In this document: one piece after another, positions 41,968 to 55,391 of the stretch | Layout of the letters: each line of letters begins with the position of its first letter | Position numbering within the stretch: position 1 is the stretch's first letter | Assembly (NCBI RefSeq): GCF_006345805.1 | Contig: NC_043008.1 | Coordinates: forward strand, 24,304,001 to 24,368,000 | DNA from: Octopus sinensis | Taxonomy: Eukaryota | DNA: 64,000 nucleotides | Reading direction: 5' to 3' | Made by a program: the position numbers and the translations under genes | The notes under the pieces: model-generated | Told to the model about the DNA's origin: nothing | The model's input: the letters and a program-made list of their open reading frames with translations, nothing else | Databases searched by the model: none

Positions 41968-44900
41968 TGGACCGAACCCATGATGTTGAACACTTCCTAA
42001 AGGTGACCATTTACTCTAACCACGGGTTAGATGCCGCAGTGCATTGCAGCGATCCAGCCCCTGAAAACAGGCCCGAAGCCAGAAGCCTTGAGAACTACCG
42101 TCAGGTAAAATGCTCGACCCTATCGAAACCTTTCGATTGATCTAAGATGATCATGGTCCTCACCCGTGCGAACTTCCTTAATCACCCTTTCTATGATGTA
42201 TCACATGATGTGGAGATTGTTGTGGATGCATCTATTTGGATGGGGCATGTCTGCGCCTCCCACGCTAGACCGACGTCCAACGCCTTGGCCAAAATCTTAA
42301 ACTCTGCATTTAGCAGAGTTATGGACGTACAATGATCGATATGATCACAGCTCCACGACTCCACATCTTCATGGCTCCATGGCTTCGCGGCTCACAGAAC
42401 TGGGAATTCTCCCGTTCTACAAGTAGCTGCAGTAAACATCTGCCAAGTGGTCACCGAAGAAGCCTGGCATGTAAATGTAAAGCTCGGAGATAGGATCATC
42501 CAAACCAGGCGATTTGCGCTTTGTGCATTCAGTCATCGCCTCCCATATTTCAGCGGTTGTTATCGGTCTTTCGCAACACTCCACCTCTGTGATCGAAGCC
42601 TCGGCCGGCCGTCGAGACAAGCAATAAAGTCCATCTCACGATCCAGCCCATCACTGTATCCGAGCAGTTGAGCGAAATGTCGCTGAAAAGCCACACGAGT
42701 CTGCTTGGGATCGAATAACACGCGCCCGATTGTGAATTTGTTGCCACGATGTGCCTCTGCAACTCGGGCCCATCGAACAGCTTTCATACCCTCGTGTCTA
42801 AGAGCACGTGCCCTAGCTCTGACAACGCAGCCTTTGTGCTTTGTGCTGCAAGCACGTCAGTTGCGTTGCCTTTCGCAGTCTTCTAGCTTTCTAACTAGCT
42901 CGCCCGCTAATCTAGTTTCCTCTATAGCTATTCCTTTACTAAATCTTGATTCAACTCTAATCTTGATTCAACCATTTGTTGTTGATAACTGCTCCTGTCA
43001 ACGACCGCTTGACTAATTCACTAATCCGGTCTTTGTAGGACTTGCGCACCGGAACGTAGGCGTCCAGATTCCAGCAACTGGGACCATGTCTATGAAGCCT
43101 AACTAAGTCGACCGTACAGATTACGAATTTGTGGTCTGGTCTGTGTACCCGACGATTTTAAACAGTAGACAACTTATACTATCTTTATGCACTGGCCTAC
43201 AGAATACCCTATCTAGACCTTGATGACCCGATGCGATTCGTCACTTTCCACACTAGCACATACAGGAAATTCTGTGGATACCTGTCACACAATTGGAAAT
43301 ATCTGAACAGGTTTGCTAGGCTTTTACAACCTGCTAGCCCCACACAGTCCCAGTGTGTGTCTAAGATACCGTCCAGTCTCCCACTAACATTAATGAGTGA
43401 GGCGTTCTTAGAAAAAACACAAGACGCTTGAAAAGATCAGGCCGTTGTGACCCTCTCGGGTCATAAACATCCACTAGCTTGAAAGCAAAGTTTTCACTGC
43501 TGGTCATGTCCAGAACCACTAATGTACCTTCTGGGTCCAGGAAGATGGTCCATATCACGAGATCCAAGCCTTTCCGAAACAACACTGCAACTCTGCATCC
43601 ATATTCCGAACGGCTTGGAGGTGCTTACACCTCGTAGTCACCGAAAGTGCGAAGGCTCGGACCTCCGAAATTTTGGTTTCGTTGATGCTCATGACATCTA
43701 TGTTCAGTGAACTGAGGTCGTTGAGCTGATGGGCCTCATATTAGGATGACCCTAGGCCACATGTATTTATACTACTTATTCTGAGTGAGGTCATGTTGAC
43801 TAAAGAGTGGGAAAAGCGAGGAAGACCAGTTACCTTAGGCTTTTGGAAGAAAAGTGGTTGCTCCATCCTTGTGTAAAGTTGTGAAAAACGAGAATATTTG
43901 TGTACATTCTCTTTAGTAGAGTCCCTCGGTAGTCCCCTGTTGCGTCGGAGAATTTCCTTTTTAAACCTGTGCATGTGTTTTGATCTATGTGTATTATTTT
44001 TATGTCTATGAGTAACTTTTTTGAGTGTTATATAGTATGTTTTCGATAAGTTGGTGTTGTGTTGTATGTAGTGGAGTAAATTTTTGTTGTTAATGTTTAT
44101 TGTTGTGTAGTGTGAGAATGTTGTGTCTTCTATTTGCTGTGGTTGTTGTTTTTGCACACGAAAATTTGCATGTGTTTGGGATGTTGTCTGTTTCGATGTT
44201 GATGTTGGTTGTGGAGGTGAGCTTAGTGGTACAGCTGTTGGTGGCGATGATGGATTGAATGGTACTGTGGAGATTAGTGTTGTTTTATTTATATTTCTGA
44301 TGTCTTTTTTCATTGTCTTTCTTTGAGGGGTAACTGTCAACTTTTTTCTGTTTTTCTTTATTATGTACAATTTTTGGTTCCCCTTCATTGCTACATTCTA
44401 TGTCCGTGCGTGCCGAGTCGGGGATGGGCAAGCCCTCTATTTGTGGGGGTTGTTATGTGTCTTTGACTTATTTGCCGCTGCTGTTAATGCTGTTAGGAGT
44501 TTTAGTGATATTGTGACCGCTGAGGGTCCCGGTGTGGTTAGTGGCGTAAGCAGGACAGAAGAGGATCGTATGTGTTTAGTGGTTTGCTGAGGGCAGAAAG
44601 CCTTAGGGAGCGTTTTTGCGCCACATGTGTTCACTTTGGCTTTCTATCCCCTACAGTCACAGGGAGGTAATTATCGTCCTAATAGTCTATTATATCTGTG
44701 ATAGCGTCAATGTTTACCTAGTTTGTTTGGATAAGAAGTTCCATCCCAGACCCTGACCAGTTTTCAATCTTTATTTTCTTTATTTCAAGGATTTGTGTCG
44801 TCTCCTGAACATTCATGAGGGCTGCTGCCACTAGCCATGGAATAACTATTGCGAACGGCACCTGGGATACTTTAACTTTTACTAGTCTTTGGTCACAATA

Positions 44901-45514
44901 TGTTTGCAGCAGAGTGAGCTCTTCGCTTCTGAATGGTGTGTATGAGTGTTATCTTGTTTCCTCTGACGTTTTAAATTGATCCAAATCCACTGTCACAGGC
45001 GATATGAGTTTTGCGTTCCCATACGAATCCTTTTGGTTCTGGTACTCAGTGCTTCGCTCCACTCGTCGCCACTTCACTCCAATTGTATGGTATGTTACAG
45101 TACAACGTCGCGCGTTTTCCAGGACGTCAGGTGCATGTGTGAGGCTCACTCTGTAAAGCCTCTTCTTTAGCATTTGTTTGGCTTTCTAAATTTGTTTTCA
45201 CTTATTTCTATTATCTCTGTATTTTCGGTTGCTCTCGCGAAGGAAACAATTGCTGTATTGTGTTGGGAGGGGTCACACACAGGTAACCCTTTACTTTGTT
45301 GCTGCTGCTGCTACCGCCACTTCCAGCAGTGCCAACAAACATGGAAAGTTTGTTACCTCTGGCGGTGGAGGTGGAGGTGGTGTTCTCACTGGTATTATTG
45401 CTTTTTATTGTCATTGATTTCTTTTATTGTTCCTGGTGGTGTTGAAAGCGAAGGAAAATACTTTCATAATTTTCATGTGTTGTATTGCCCTCATTCCTGT
45501 TTCTCTTGTTGCTA

Positions 45515-45547
<33 letters not shown>

Positions 45548-45700
45548 ATGTCACTGACTATTCCATGTAGCTGTACTTTTTACGAACATGTGGTTGTTTG
45601 TCCGCCATCTTTCTTTTATAAAAGAACTGGACAGGTGTACTAGGTTAAGCAAACCCCGAATTCGCCCCTAGGGGTTACAGATAGAGAAAACTGAGGTCGT
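41967..45700 (-). mobile_element. Tx1/L1-clade LINE: ORF1 and ORF2 (APE and first RT motifs), degenerate, 3' end lost at the SINE
   Basis: Start aagATGgcggac (45608); knuckle-like VTVGDRKPK..CGAKTLPKAFCP (about 44650); MTSLRISSINTCGL; LVDVYDP..LMLVGDW; CERPITTAEIWEAM..KSPGLD; RPITLLNAEFKILAK; LDQSKGFDRVEH. Confidence 0.85.
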
Positions 45701-46807
45701 GGTTAGTTTATCTATGTAATGATAACAAAAGTACAACGTATAACAATTTATAATAATATAAATAATAAATTTACGCGAGCAATGTGCAACACGTGATGAT
45801 AGACGGACAATAATAACATTAATACTAATACTAAAGTTTTAAATCGATACATGACAATTTCTAAGTGGTAACTAATTTATGATTTCGAAGCATAACTTGA
45901 ATGGTAAATATTTTATCATTTTAAGAAAAGTTAAGTCAACTTTACTAGAATTTGAACTTTATGCCTAAAAGGCCGTTCGGAATTCCACAAGGATTTTTGC
46001 TTTGCACTCGTCTTCCTATTATAATTCCCACTGAAAATACTATGAATTAAGATGAATGCGGTAAGGCTTCAAATTATCTCGGAAAATGTCACTTTATGCA
46101 CACAAAAAAAACATTATTATATATAGAATCAATTAAAGAAATCTATAATTTTTTTAAAATTCTAATTTCACTATCAAAAGTATAAATAGCTAATTCATGT
46201 ATCTATGGATATATCGAAGCAATCCTTTTATTTTCTTAAATAATACAAACTGATATTTCACATTGAGTCAACTGAGATCATTTAAGTTATATTGGATTTC
46301 ATTTACAAAGTAAAGAAATTTCATATTATTATATAAGAGAAAAAAGAATCATAGAAGTATATATAAAGAATATAAGGAAAAAGATATTCGCTTCCTGGTG
46401 AGCCGAGAAAAAACTTATTACGAGGGGCTGCAAGCTATTTTTGTTCAGATCTACACACAAAGAAGCCGGGAGTAAATATTGTATATTAAATTGAATCTTT
46501 GACATGATTTAATGAATAAATAAATAAAATTCAGCTTTCCGCTTGACAAAGTAATTGTCTTCATCCAAAGAAGCAGTAATTATCAGAGATTTGAATGGAG
46601 CGAACACCTTCAAGAAAGAATGCTAACAATATCTTCAAATTTGCTCAATTAAATGGTAGATAATGGAAATTCACTTCAATACAAAAATGTTTGAATACTA
46701 CGGTTTTAATGCTATCACACACAAACACACACGCACACGCACGCGCACAGACGCACACACACACACACACACACACATACACACACACACACACATACAC
46801 ACACACA

Positions 46808-46841
<34 letters not shown>

Positions 46842-47215
46842 CGCATGCATATAAATATAATATAATATATATTGAGAAGCATTATGTGAATATATACACA
46901 TATTTCGTTTTCGGATTTGGTTTGAAAAGGTTGCAAGACGCAACGAAAATTTTTAGAAAAATAAAATTGAGGGATAAGTGGAAATTTTACCGGTGAGTGT
47001 GTTAAATTATAAGGCACAAAAACAAAATGACTCTCCCCAGACACAACAGTGCATATATATATATATATATATAGATATATATATATACATATATATATAT
47101 ATGAATATAATGTAAGACAATCATATATATGTATATATATATATATGAATATAATATAGGACAATCAGTTAGTTGTCATATTATTATTATTAATACCCAC
47201 ACAAACATACATACA

Positions 47216-47263
<48 letters not shown>

Positions 47264-47271
47264 ATATATAT

Positions 47272-47305
<34 letters not shown>

Positions 47306-47519
47306 ATAGTGGTAGTTCTAATCAATTTAATTTTCTATTGATTAGAACTACCATTGAAGTCATTCTTTCTTTTTTTAAATATACCTAACAGTAAGTACCA
47401 AGGATTTCATACATTTTCCAACACATATACACACTAACATGCATACACACGCGCACACACACACACACACCACACACACACACACACACACATACACACA
47501 CAGACACACACACATACGT

Positions 47520-47582
47520 ATATGGCTGAGTAGTAAGAAGTTTGCTTACTAACCACATGGTTCCGGGTTCAATTCCACTGCG
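47520..47582 (+). mobile_element. tRNA-SINE family B head
   Basis: tggctgagtagtaagaagtttgcttactaaccacatggttccgggttcaattccactgcg. Confidence 0.75.
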
Positions 47583-47983
47583 TATTATCTCAGCTAAAAA
47601 CTGTAGAATAAGGTATCAGATATATCAGGCTCATTCTTTCAAATTCCGGCTAGAGCCTCAGTTCTCCTCAGCAGGTCTTGCTGTACCTGAAATGAAAAAT
47701 CCATCTCACCTCGTTGTAATCCGTTGCGTCTTTTTAGATGAGAATATATGTCAAATTTCACTCGTTTGCCCAATTTCTGTTGGTCTGTTACATATTTTCA
47801 GTACGATTAATGGTTATGATGGGGGTTTTCACTTCTATTCTCTTGCGAATTGGTGCTTCCTGTACGCTCTAATATAATTAAGAATTATATAAGTGTTTAA
47901 TGATAATATCGCTTGCTCTCACAAATATAAATGTTATAATCAATTATTTGGATTTGCACCTGATAATAATAATGATAATAATA

Positions 47984-48049
<66 letters not shown>

Positions 48050-48299
48050 TCGTTACGATTATTTATTTTGAATATTTACTCATTCCTATCTCTTTCTCTC
48101 TCTCTCTCTCTCTCCTTACATATATATATATATATAGAGAGAGAGAGCAAGAGAGACAGAGAAAGAGAGGGAGAGAGACAAAAAGAGAGAAAGCAAGATT
48201 ATTAACAGGATTGATAAAAATCCACGACCGGACTGGCGGAGGACCATAGCATTGAGTTGGCAATAACGTAGAACAAACATAAGGTGTCATTTGCTGGTA

Positions 48300-48329
48300 G
48301 TATACTGCAGGTGATAATACATACATACA

Positions 48330-48361
<32 letters not shown>

Positions 48362-48600
48362 CATACAAACATACACACATATAAATATATATATATATAT
48401 ATATGTGGGTGTGTATATATATATATATGTGGGTGTGTTTGTGGAGTTGTTAGCTAACTCCTCCTACATCGTTTCATCAATTTTGATCAAATTTGACATG
48501 TGAGTAGAACTCATGTCTGGAAGCATCATGGCATACTCAGATTGTTGAAAATAAATCGATAACAGAGCTCACGGAAGGGATCCCTATATATATATATTTG
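48300..48600 (+). mobile_element. Non-autonomous Helitron-like 5' segment; second copy at 50340-50520
   Basis: gttgttagctaactcctcc.acatcgttt.at..attttgat.aaa..tgaca.gtg.gtagaactc.tgtctggaa in both copies. Confidence 0.5.
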
Positions 48601-48760
48601 ATTTGCGTTCAATAATAATAACTATATTAATATCTATATAAATATTCGCTTCTGAATATTTTTGCTGCTACATATGTATGCATGTATGTATGTATGTATG
48701 TATGTATGTATGTATGTATGAATGTATGTATGTATGTATGTATGTATGTATTATCTCTAA

Positions 48761-48808
<48 letters not shown>

Positions 48809-49376
48809 GCTGCTATCTCCCACTATTCTATCCGATGGTCATATGGGAGCTCACGTCGTTCCCACGTGATCATCGGCCATCTTTCTATCTTCTAACTAGT
48901 GTTTCTTTCTTTCTCACTGTTGTAGGTGGAAGAAGGAACACATATTCATGTCTGTCTCCTGTCCAAGCTTGATTTACGCCTTCACTCCAAGAACTTCGTT
49001 TAGGCTTAGCACCCCTTCCTGTTGTTTTGACTGTCCTGTTTGTCTTACCTATTTTGACCCTCCACAAAATTCTAAATGTTTATTAATTTGCTTTGCGGGA
49101 GCAAATGTTTTATCGAAAGCGTATATTGTTGTTAAATGTGCGAAATACGAAAGTAGAAAACCAGCCAACAACTGATGAAGTGTCGTTCATTATGTTGTTT
49201 GTCTTGTTTTCCGTTTGTGTCTTTCGTTGTTCGAAAATATAGTTCATATTCTATACACTCGTACTTCGTATTTATTTCTTCTACACGCTTCGTGACGCCC
49301 TGTTCCCGCATATGCATACATATACGTATAGATGTAAGTATGTGCATATACGTATGTATATATGCGAATGTATATA

Positions 49377-49461
<85 letters not shown>

Positions 49462-49526
49462 CATACATACATACATACATAATACATACACACCACCACA
49501 CACACACACACACACACACACCACAC

Positions 49527-49591
<65 letters not shown>

Positions 49592-49597
49592 TCAATA

Positions 49598-50298
49598 TAG
49601 GGTGGCAAAAAAATTTTGTAGAATTTTTTGGGCCACCAGCGGCCTAGTGGAAAAAATTAAATAGTCATAGACCATTTTTAAGTTCAACATCACAATCAAG
49701 GAACGGCCATAATAGGCCATTCACCACTAGAAATAACAGCCAAAGCTTCAACCGCAAAATAACATTAATTCCGTAAACCAGGAGAAAATTAAAAAACATT
49801 TACCCTGTAATTTCTTATACGATGCACCGTTTCATCTACTGTTTAATGGTAAACTAACCTGATTAATTAAATCAAGCCAATCTTCCATAGGCCCTTAGAA
49901 TCGTCAGTAAGGAATAGCCAAATCGGAACAGATATTTTCACGAGGCATTTCTGTCCCTGCCTCGGCAATATCTGACCTAAAATTTTCAAATTGATTTGAA
50001 AATTTTAGGTCAGATATTGCCGAGGCAGGGACAGAAATGCCTCGTGGAAATATCTGTTCCGATTTGGCTATTTCTTACTGACGATTCTAAGGGCCTATGG
50101 AAGATTGGCTTGATTTAATTTAATCAGGTTAGTTTACCATTAAACAGTAGATGAAACGGTGCATCGTATAAGAAATTACAGGGTAAATGTTTTTTAATTT
50201 TCTCCTGGTTTACGGAATTAATGTTATTTTGCGGTTGAAGCTTTGGCTGTTATTTCTAGTGGGTGAATGGCCTATTATGGCCGTTCCTTGATTGTGAT
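49598..50298. mobile_element. Foldback/MITE-like element containing a 610-bp near-perfect palindrome (49689-50298)
   Basis: Arms 49689-49991 and 49994-50298 with a 2-nt spacer; left end starts TAGGGTGGC at 49598; right end truncated by (TA)n. Confidence 0.85.
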
Positions 50299-50300
50299 AT

Positions 50301-50343
<43 letters not shown>

Positions 50344-51253
50344 TACAGAAGTGGAAAATCGGTGTATTTGTTTTTGGCGTTGTTAGCTAACTCCTCCCAC
50401 ATCGTTTTATTGATTTTGATGAAACCTGACACGTGGGTAGAACTCTTGTCTGGAAATCTCGTGACGTGCTTAGATTGTTGAAAATATCGATAATACGGCC
50501 CCTCAAACGGACCTTATATCTACCTTATATAACTATTTTTTTAAACGCATAAAGGAAGTAACTCATACCACCTACACAATATTTTAAAACCCATTTCATT
50601 TTTTATGTGCGATTACTTTGAACCAACAATCAGCCGACCTAATTCTGTATTTCACTACTCACAGTTTTGAACTCCTAAACATTATTATTACACTCCCTTA
50701 ATTTGAATCTCTTCATTCCTACATTTCTATACATAAATACATTTTTGAATGCCCATTACTCCGATAATTCCGCATTTTTACAGTTACACATTTTCCATGA
50801 CAGTAGATAATTTTTTTTCACAACGTATTTGTAGTGACTTCATGCAGGCATAGAGTGGATTCGATCCTCGATTGCCAAACTTCAGTTAACACGTCAACAA
50901 CGCTTTTCTCACGATAAAACAATAGTTTTTCTATGATGACAGCAGTTGTACATTTCCTAGATGCCTCTGCTAAGCAGAATAATGTCTTTGCCACTTGACC
51001 CTTCTAACCTCTTCTAGGACACCAAGGGCTGGAATGGAGATAACAGTCCAACGAAATTATATGTTCTCAACGATATGTCTATCCTTCTGGCTGCTTTTCT
51101 ATAGTTATAAAACAAGAACTCTCTAAGCTAAACGCAGTTACTGACAGCGACCACCAGTCAGTGTGAACGTTATTATTTCACTTTCTTCTAACATATATGC
51201 TACATTCATACATTACCTTTAATAAATTAGCCTTCATAAAGTTCACCTTTAAA

Positions 51254-53220
51254 ATGCCACGACGAGTCAGTGTACGACTGGGTGCTTCTACTTCACAAGC
51301 TGCTCTAATGCGACAACGGCGATCTCAAGCAAGTCTCAGATTCATTATTTTCATATTTACAAAATTATACAATTATTTTTCGTCTATTCTAATTCAATAT
51401 ATAAACAGTTATATGCATATTGCTGTAATTAATTTACACATTGCATTAATAGACATTTTTTCAACATCTCCTAATAACTACATTGTAATAATGCATGCAG
51501 GGTTTTCAATTAAATTTCATTACACTATGAATGCCCATAACTCCGATTATTCTGAATTTTTCATGTTCAAATTTTACGATGATAGTACATACATTTTTCA
51601 TTCCACAACGTATTTCATAAGTTTGTCCCGGTATAGTGAACTCATACTTTGAATGCTTAAAATTCTTAAAAAATGAAACCAAACTTCCACACCACATTGA
51701 CTCGCGACACCCTGTATCAGTTATACTTATTTTGCAAATCATAATATTTATTGCTTATTTACAGTTCATACAACATTTTGATGAACGTCTATTCAGGATA
51801 TACTACGCAGAATTCAAAGGCAGAACCCATCGGAAACTTTCGAATACAACGAGGCTATTTTCAACGAGGCATTCAATGACCTAGACAACCAAGTAGAATC
51901 CATGGGTGGCAATGGAGTTGCTGCTTTTGGTCTGCCTCAACCGGATGTGTCACATGAAACCCTTGACATCGAATATGTACGGGAGATCAATTATGACGTC
52001 GAAGAAATGGCAGCGTTTGTGGCTGATAATGAACACAAATTGAATGAGGATAAAAAAACTGCCTTCGAATCTATTATTTCATTCACTCAAAGCGAGACTG
52101 GTAATCTCTTCTTTCTCGATTCTCCAGGTGGAACTAGCAAAACATTCATTATCAATCTTATTTTGGCAAAGCTGCGACAAAATAAACAGGTAGCCCTTGT
52201 AGTGGCGTCAAATGGAATAGCTGCAACTATGTTAAACGGTGGAGGCACTGCTCATTTGTGCTTCAAATTGCCTCTGGACCTTGTAAAAAAGACATAGCAA
52301 CTTGCAATATCAGACGTGGCATTACAAAAGCAAAAATTCTCACCGAGTGCAAATTGATCATTTGGGGTGAAGCGACAAGAAGTTATAAGGGAGCTTTTGA
52401 GGCTCTTGACAGATTACTTCAAGATCTGAGGCGCAACTTAAGGCTAATGGGCGGCCTAGCAGTACTCCTTGCAGGAGACTTTCGACAAACGCTCCCAGTT
52501 ATTTCAAAGGGAGCGAGAGCAGATGAGGTAAATGCGAGCATCAAATTTTCATACCTTTGGAGCAAGGTTAGAAGGTTGAAACTCAAATATGAGAGTGCAG
52601 TTAGGTGGTGATGCGCATATGGAGAACTTCTGTAGGCAATTAATAGATATTGGAAACAGTGCTGTAATTGTTGAGCATGATGGGAAGATTAGTTTATCCT
52701 TTGGCAATTTGGTGTCAAATATACACGAACTATTGGCAAGAGGTTTCTCCAATCTGAACACACAATTCAAAGATCACTGTTGGCTGAGAAAACGTGCAAT
52801 TTTGACGCCAAAAATGTCGCAGTAGATGGCGTAAACAATCACCTTCTGGAACAACTGCCTGGCGATCGTCAACATACAAGTCAATTGTGCTCCACACCAA
52901 TGATGCTGTTCATTTCCCTGTTGAATTCCTCAATAGCCTTGCACCTTCAGGTCTACCACCGCACGAATTGCATTTAAAGGTTGGAACCCACTGATACTTT
53001 TAAGAAACATCGATCCTCCAAACTTATGCAATGGCACAAGACTTATTATCTAAAATTTCATGCAGACAGTGTTGTAGGCAACAATACTGAATGGGAAAGC
53101 AAGTGGTGAAGACGTTTTCATTCCAAAGATTCGTCTGGTTCCTTCCGACACACAAATTGATTTCAAAAGGCTACATTCCCTACTGAGATTAAGCTTTGCA
53201 ATGAGCATCAACAAAGCACA
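51254..53220 (+). mobile_element. Helitron RepHel remnant: ORF start plus PIF1-family helicase, Rep domain mostly deleted
   Basis: MPRRVSVRLGASTSQAALMRQRR at 51254; FFLDSPGGTSKTF, VASNGIAATMLNGGGTAH, LIIWGEA, LAGDFRQTLPVI, RAILTP, LRNIDPPNLCNGTRL, FIPKIRL, RLSFAMSINKA ending in a (CA)n tract. Confidence 0.9.
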
Positions 53221-53232
53221 CACACACACACA

Positions 53233-53299
<67 letters not shown>

Positions 53300-53599
53300 A
53301 CGTATTCTACTATATCTTAATTTCAACATTCCTTGTGTTTCACGTGTAATAATTTGAAGCAATCATATTTTCGTCTTGTGAATTGATGATTGGTGACAGC
53401 ATTAAAAGGCATAATTGTTATGCTAGATCGATTTTGTGAAGATTGACAGCTAGGTGCAATAAAGCCACATTAAATGAATTTAAAAGCAACAAAATATGGA
53501 TAGACTGTTACGAAATTTACTTTTGACTAAAAGATATTTTATTCTAAACATTCAATATAATACGTAGAAGACACCATATAATTTTTAATTCTCTGAACC

Positions 53600-54010
53600 C
53601 CGACGCTCTAGATGTTGAAGGATTAGCAAAACACAAGAAGGGCAAGACAGCCTGCAATCTCAGACAACGAAATGCCGTAGAAATACAAGAAGAACGATAC
53701 GTAAACTTCAGTTTGTAATAACCAGGCAAGCCCACTCGAGGGAACAAAAGACACCGTAGCAGAAACGACAGAAGCTGGATCTCAAGCCGATAGACAATCT
53801 CTCTTGAGGAAACACGAGACACCAGAATAGAATCGACGGAGGCTGGAGTCTCAAGCCGATAGGAAAACTCGCTTAAGAGAACAAGTGTTAATAGAACAAC
53901 TTCAAACTAACGCAGCCAGAAATGCCTTTTCCAGGGACCAAAAAATATCAGAACAACAACAAGCCAGGCTGGAATTTAGACCTATCTCTAGTCAAGAGTG
54001 TTTACTAGTA
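53600..54010 (+). pseudogene. Helitron N-terminal repeat segment
   Basis: SQADRQSLLRKHETPE*NRRRLESQADRKTRLREQ...SEQQQARLE, the ETxEQRxxRL-type repeats of Helitron ORF starts. Confidence 0.6.
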
Positions 54011-54136
54011 TCCTTTAACAACCATTTGACACACAGGCATTACAAAAGATACATTATGAATACATCTGAATGCAGTACAGACGGGGGCCAAAGCCGAGTG
54101 AATGCTATATAGTTAAAAGTTATGGTCGGTCATAGA

Positions 54137-54192
54137 GTAACCGTTGGTTTTACACCTATAAAGCGCTTAGCAGTATAGGCGACTCGTCAGAC
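54137..54192 (-). ncRNA. Decayed hammerhead-like motif
   Basis: CTGACGA-GTCGCCTATA..13 nt..TATAGGTG-t-AAAA-CC aac GGT; core GAAA damaged. Confidence 0.4.
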
Positions 54193-54523
54193 ACATATGT
54201 CTAAAGAATATTTCAAATTAAGGATATATATAAGGAAAACGTAAGATTTCTATCACATTTCATATTTTCATTGTCCTGTTTTATAGCCGTTTCTATGAAA
54301 CAATCGAGCACATTGACAACTCTAAACTTACATTGTTAATTGTATTTATTAAATTCTTTTCGTCAAATGTAATGCAGAAATCATTGAAAGTCATACCGTT
54401 GGTATGACTTTGAAAATGAAATGCAGTATCAATTGCTGTTACATACATTACATAAAATAATTTAAAAAGAAAATAAATAGAATAAAACTTACACTCACAG
54501 ACACACACACACAGACACAGACA

Positions 54524-54572
<49 letters not shown>

Positions 54573-54962
54573 TCATAGATAGAAAATACTATAATAAAAT
54601 ACAGTTAAAAAGTTTCAGAGTCTATCTTAAAGTAAACTTTTCAGGGAGAGAACTGTATAGATATGAACAATAGTGATTTGGAAACTGATGTTCTGGATCA
54701 AAACAGGTGGAACACTGGTTGCAACGCCTGGGAGGAAAAGATGATTCAGCAGTCTTATCTTAAAAGTCTTGTCACAAAACGACAATTGGATCCGAAATCA
54801 ACAGTGGACATTGGGTATGTATTATCGTGTTCTGTTGTCAAATGCAGGATACGTGAATCATATGAAGTCATACAAAAATCGAAATTCTCAGGTAGGCAAT
54901 AAACTTGAACACCAACCATCACTTGCAATTTTTGTCATATATCACAAAACTTTATTCACATG

Positions 54963-55355
54963 ATTTACATTTGACGGACATTTGTCCTCATTCTGTTTGT
55001 TGTTAACACAACGTCTCGGCTGATATATTCTCTAGCCTTCATCAGGTGGTTTGGGGAAATTTGAACCTGGGTTTTAATTCCTAAGGTATTTCTCGATGTC
55101 ATTATTATTAAAAGTTAAAATAATAGACAGAGACGACCACTGGAAAATACGAAAACTAAAAGAAGCAGCACAGATACTAGGATATAATAACCTTCTAAGT
55201 AGACCGAGTACAGATATGAGTAGCATATGGGAACCGGTATTAAGGAAGAATAGGAAAATAGTAGATCTATAAGCCCTAAAATTCACTGCCTGGCATATGG
55301 CGTAGTGGTTAAGAGCGCGGGCTGCAAACTCCAAGATTCCGTAATAATAATAATA

Positions 55356-55391
<36 letters not shown>

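Noticed and set aside
48901-49000. Strong-looking acceptor ttctcactgttgtag|GTGGAAG
   Set aside because: Frame closes after 25 codons, no donor, and the region resembles an interspersed repeat.
55292-55341. tRNA gene calls at this and other tRNA-like heads
   Set aside because: No complete cloverleaf, T-arm or acceptor 3' strand; these are SINE or pseudo-LTR heads.
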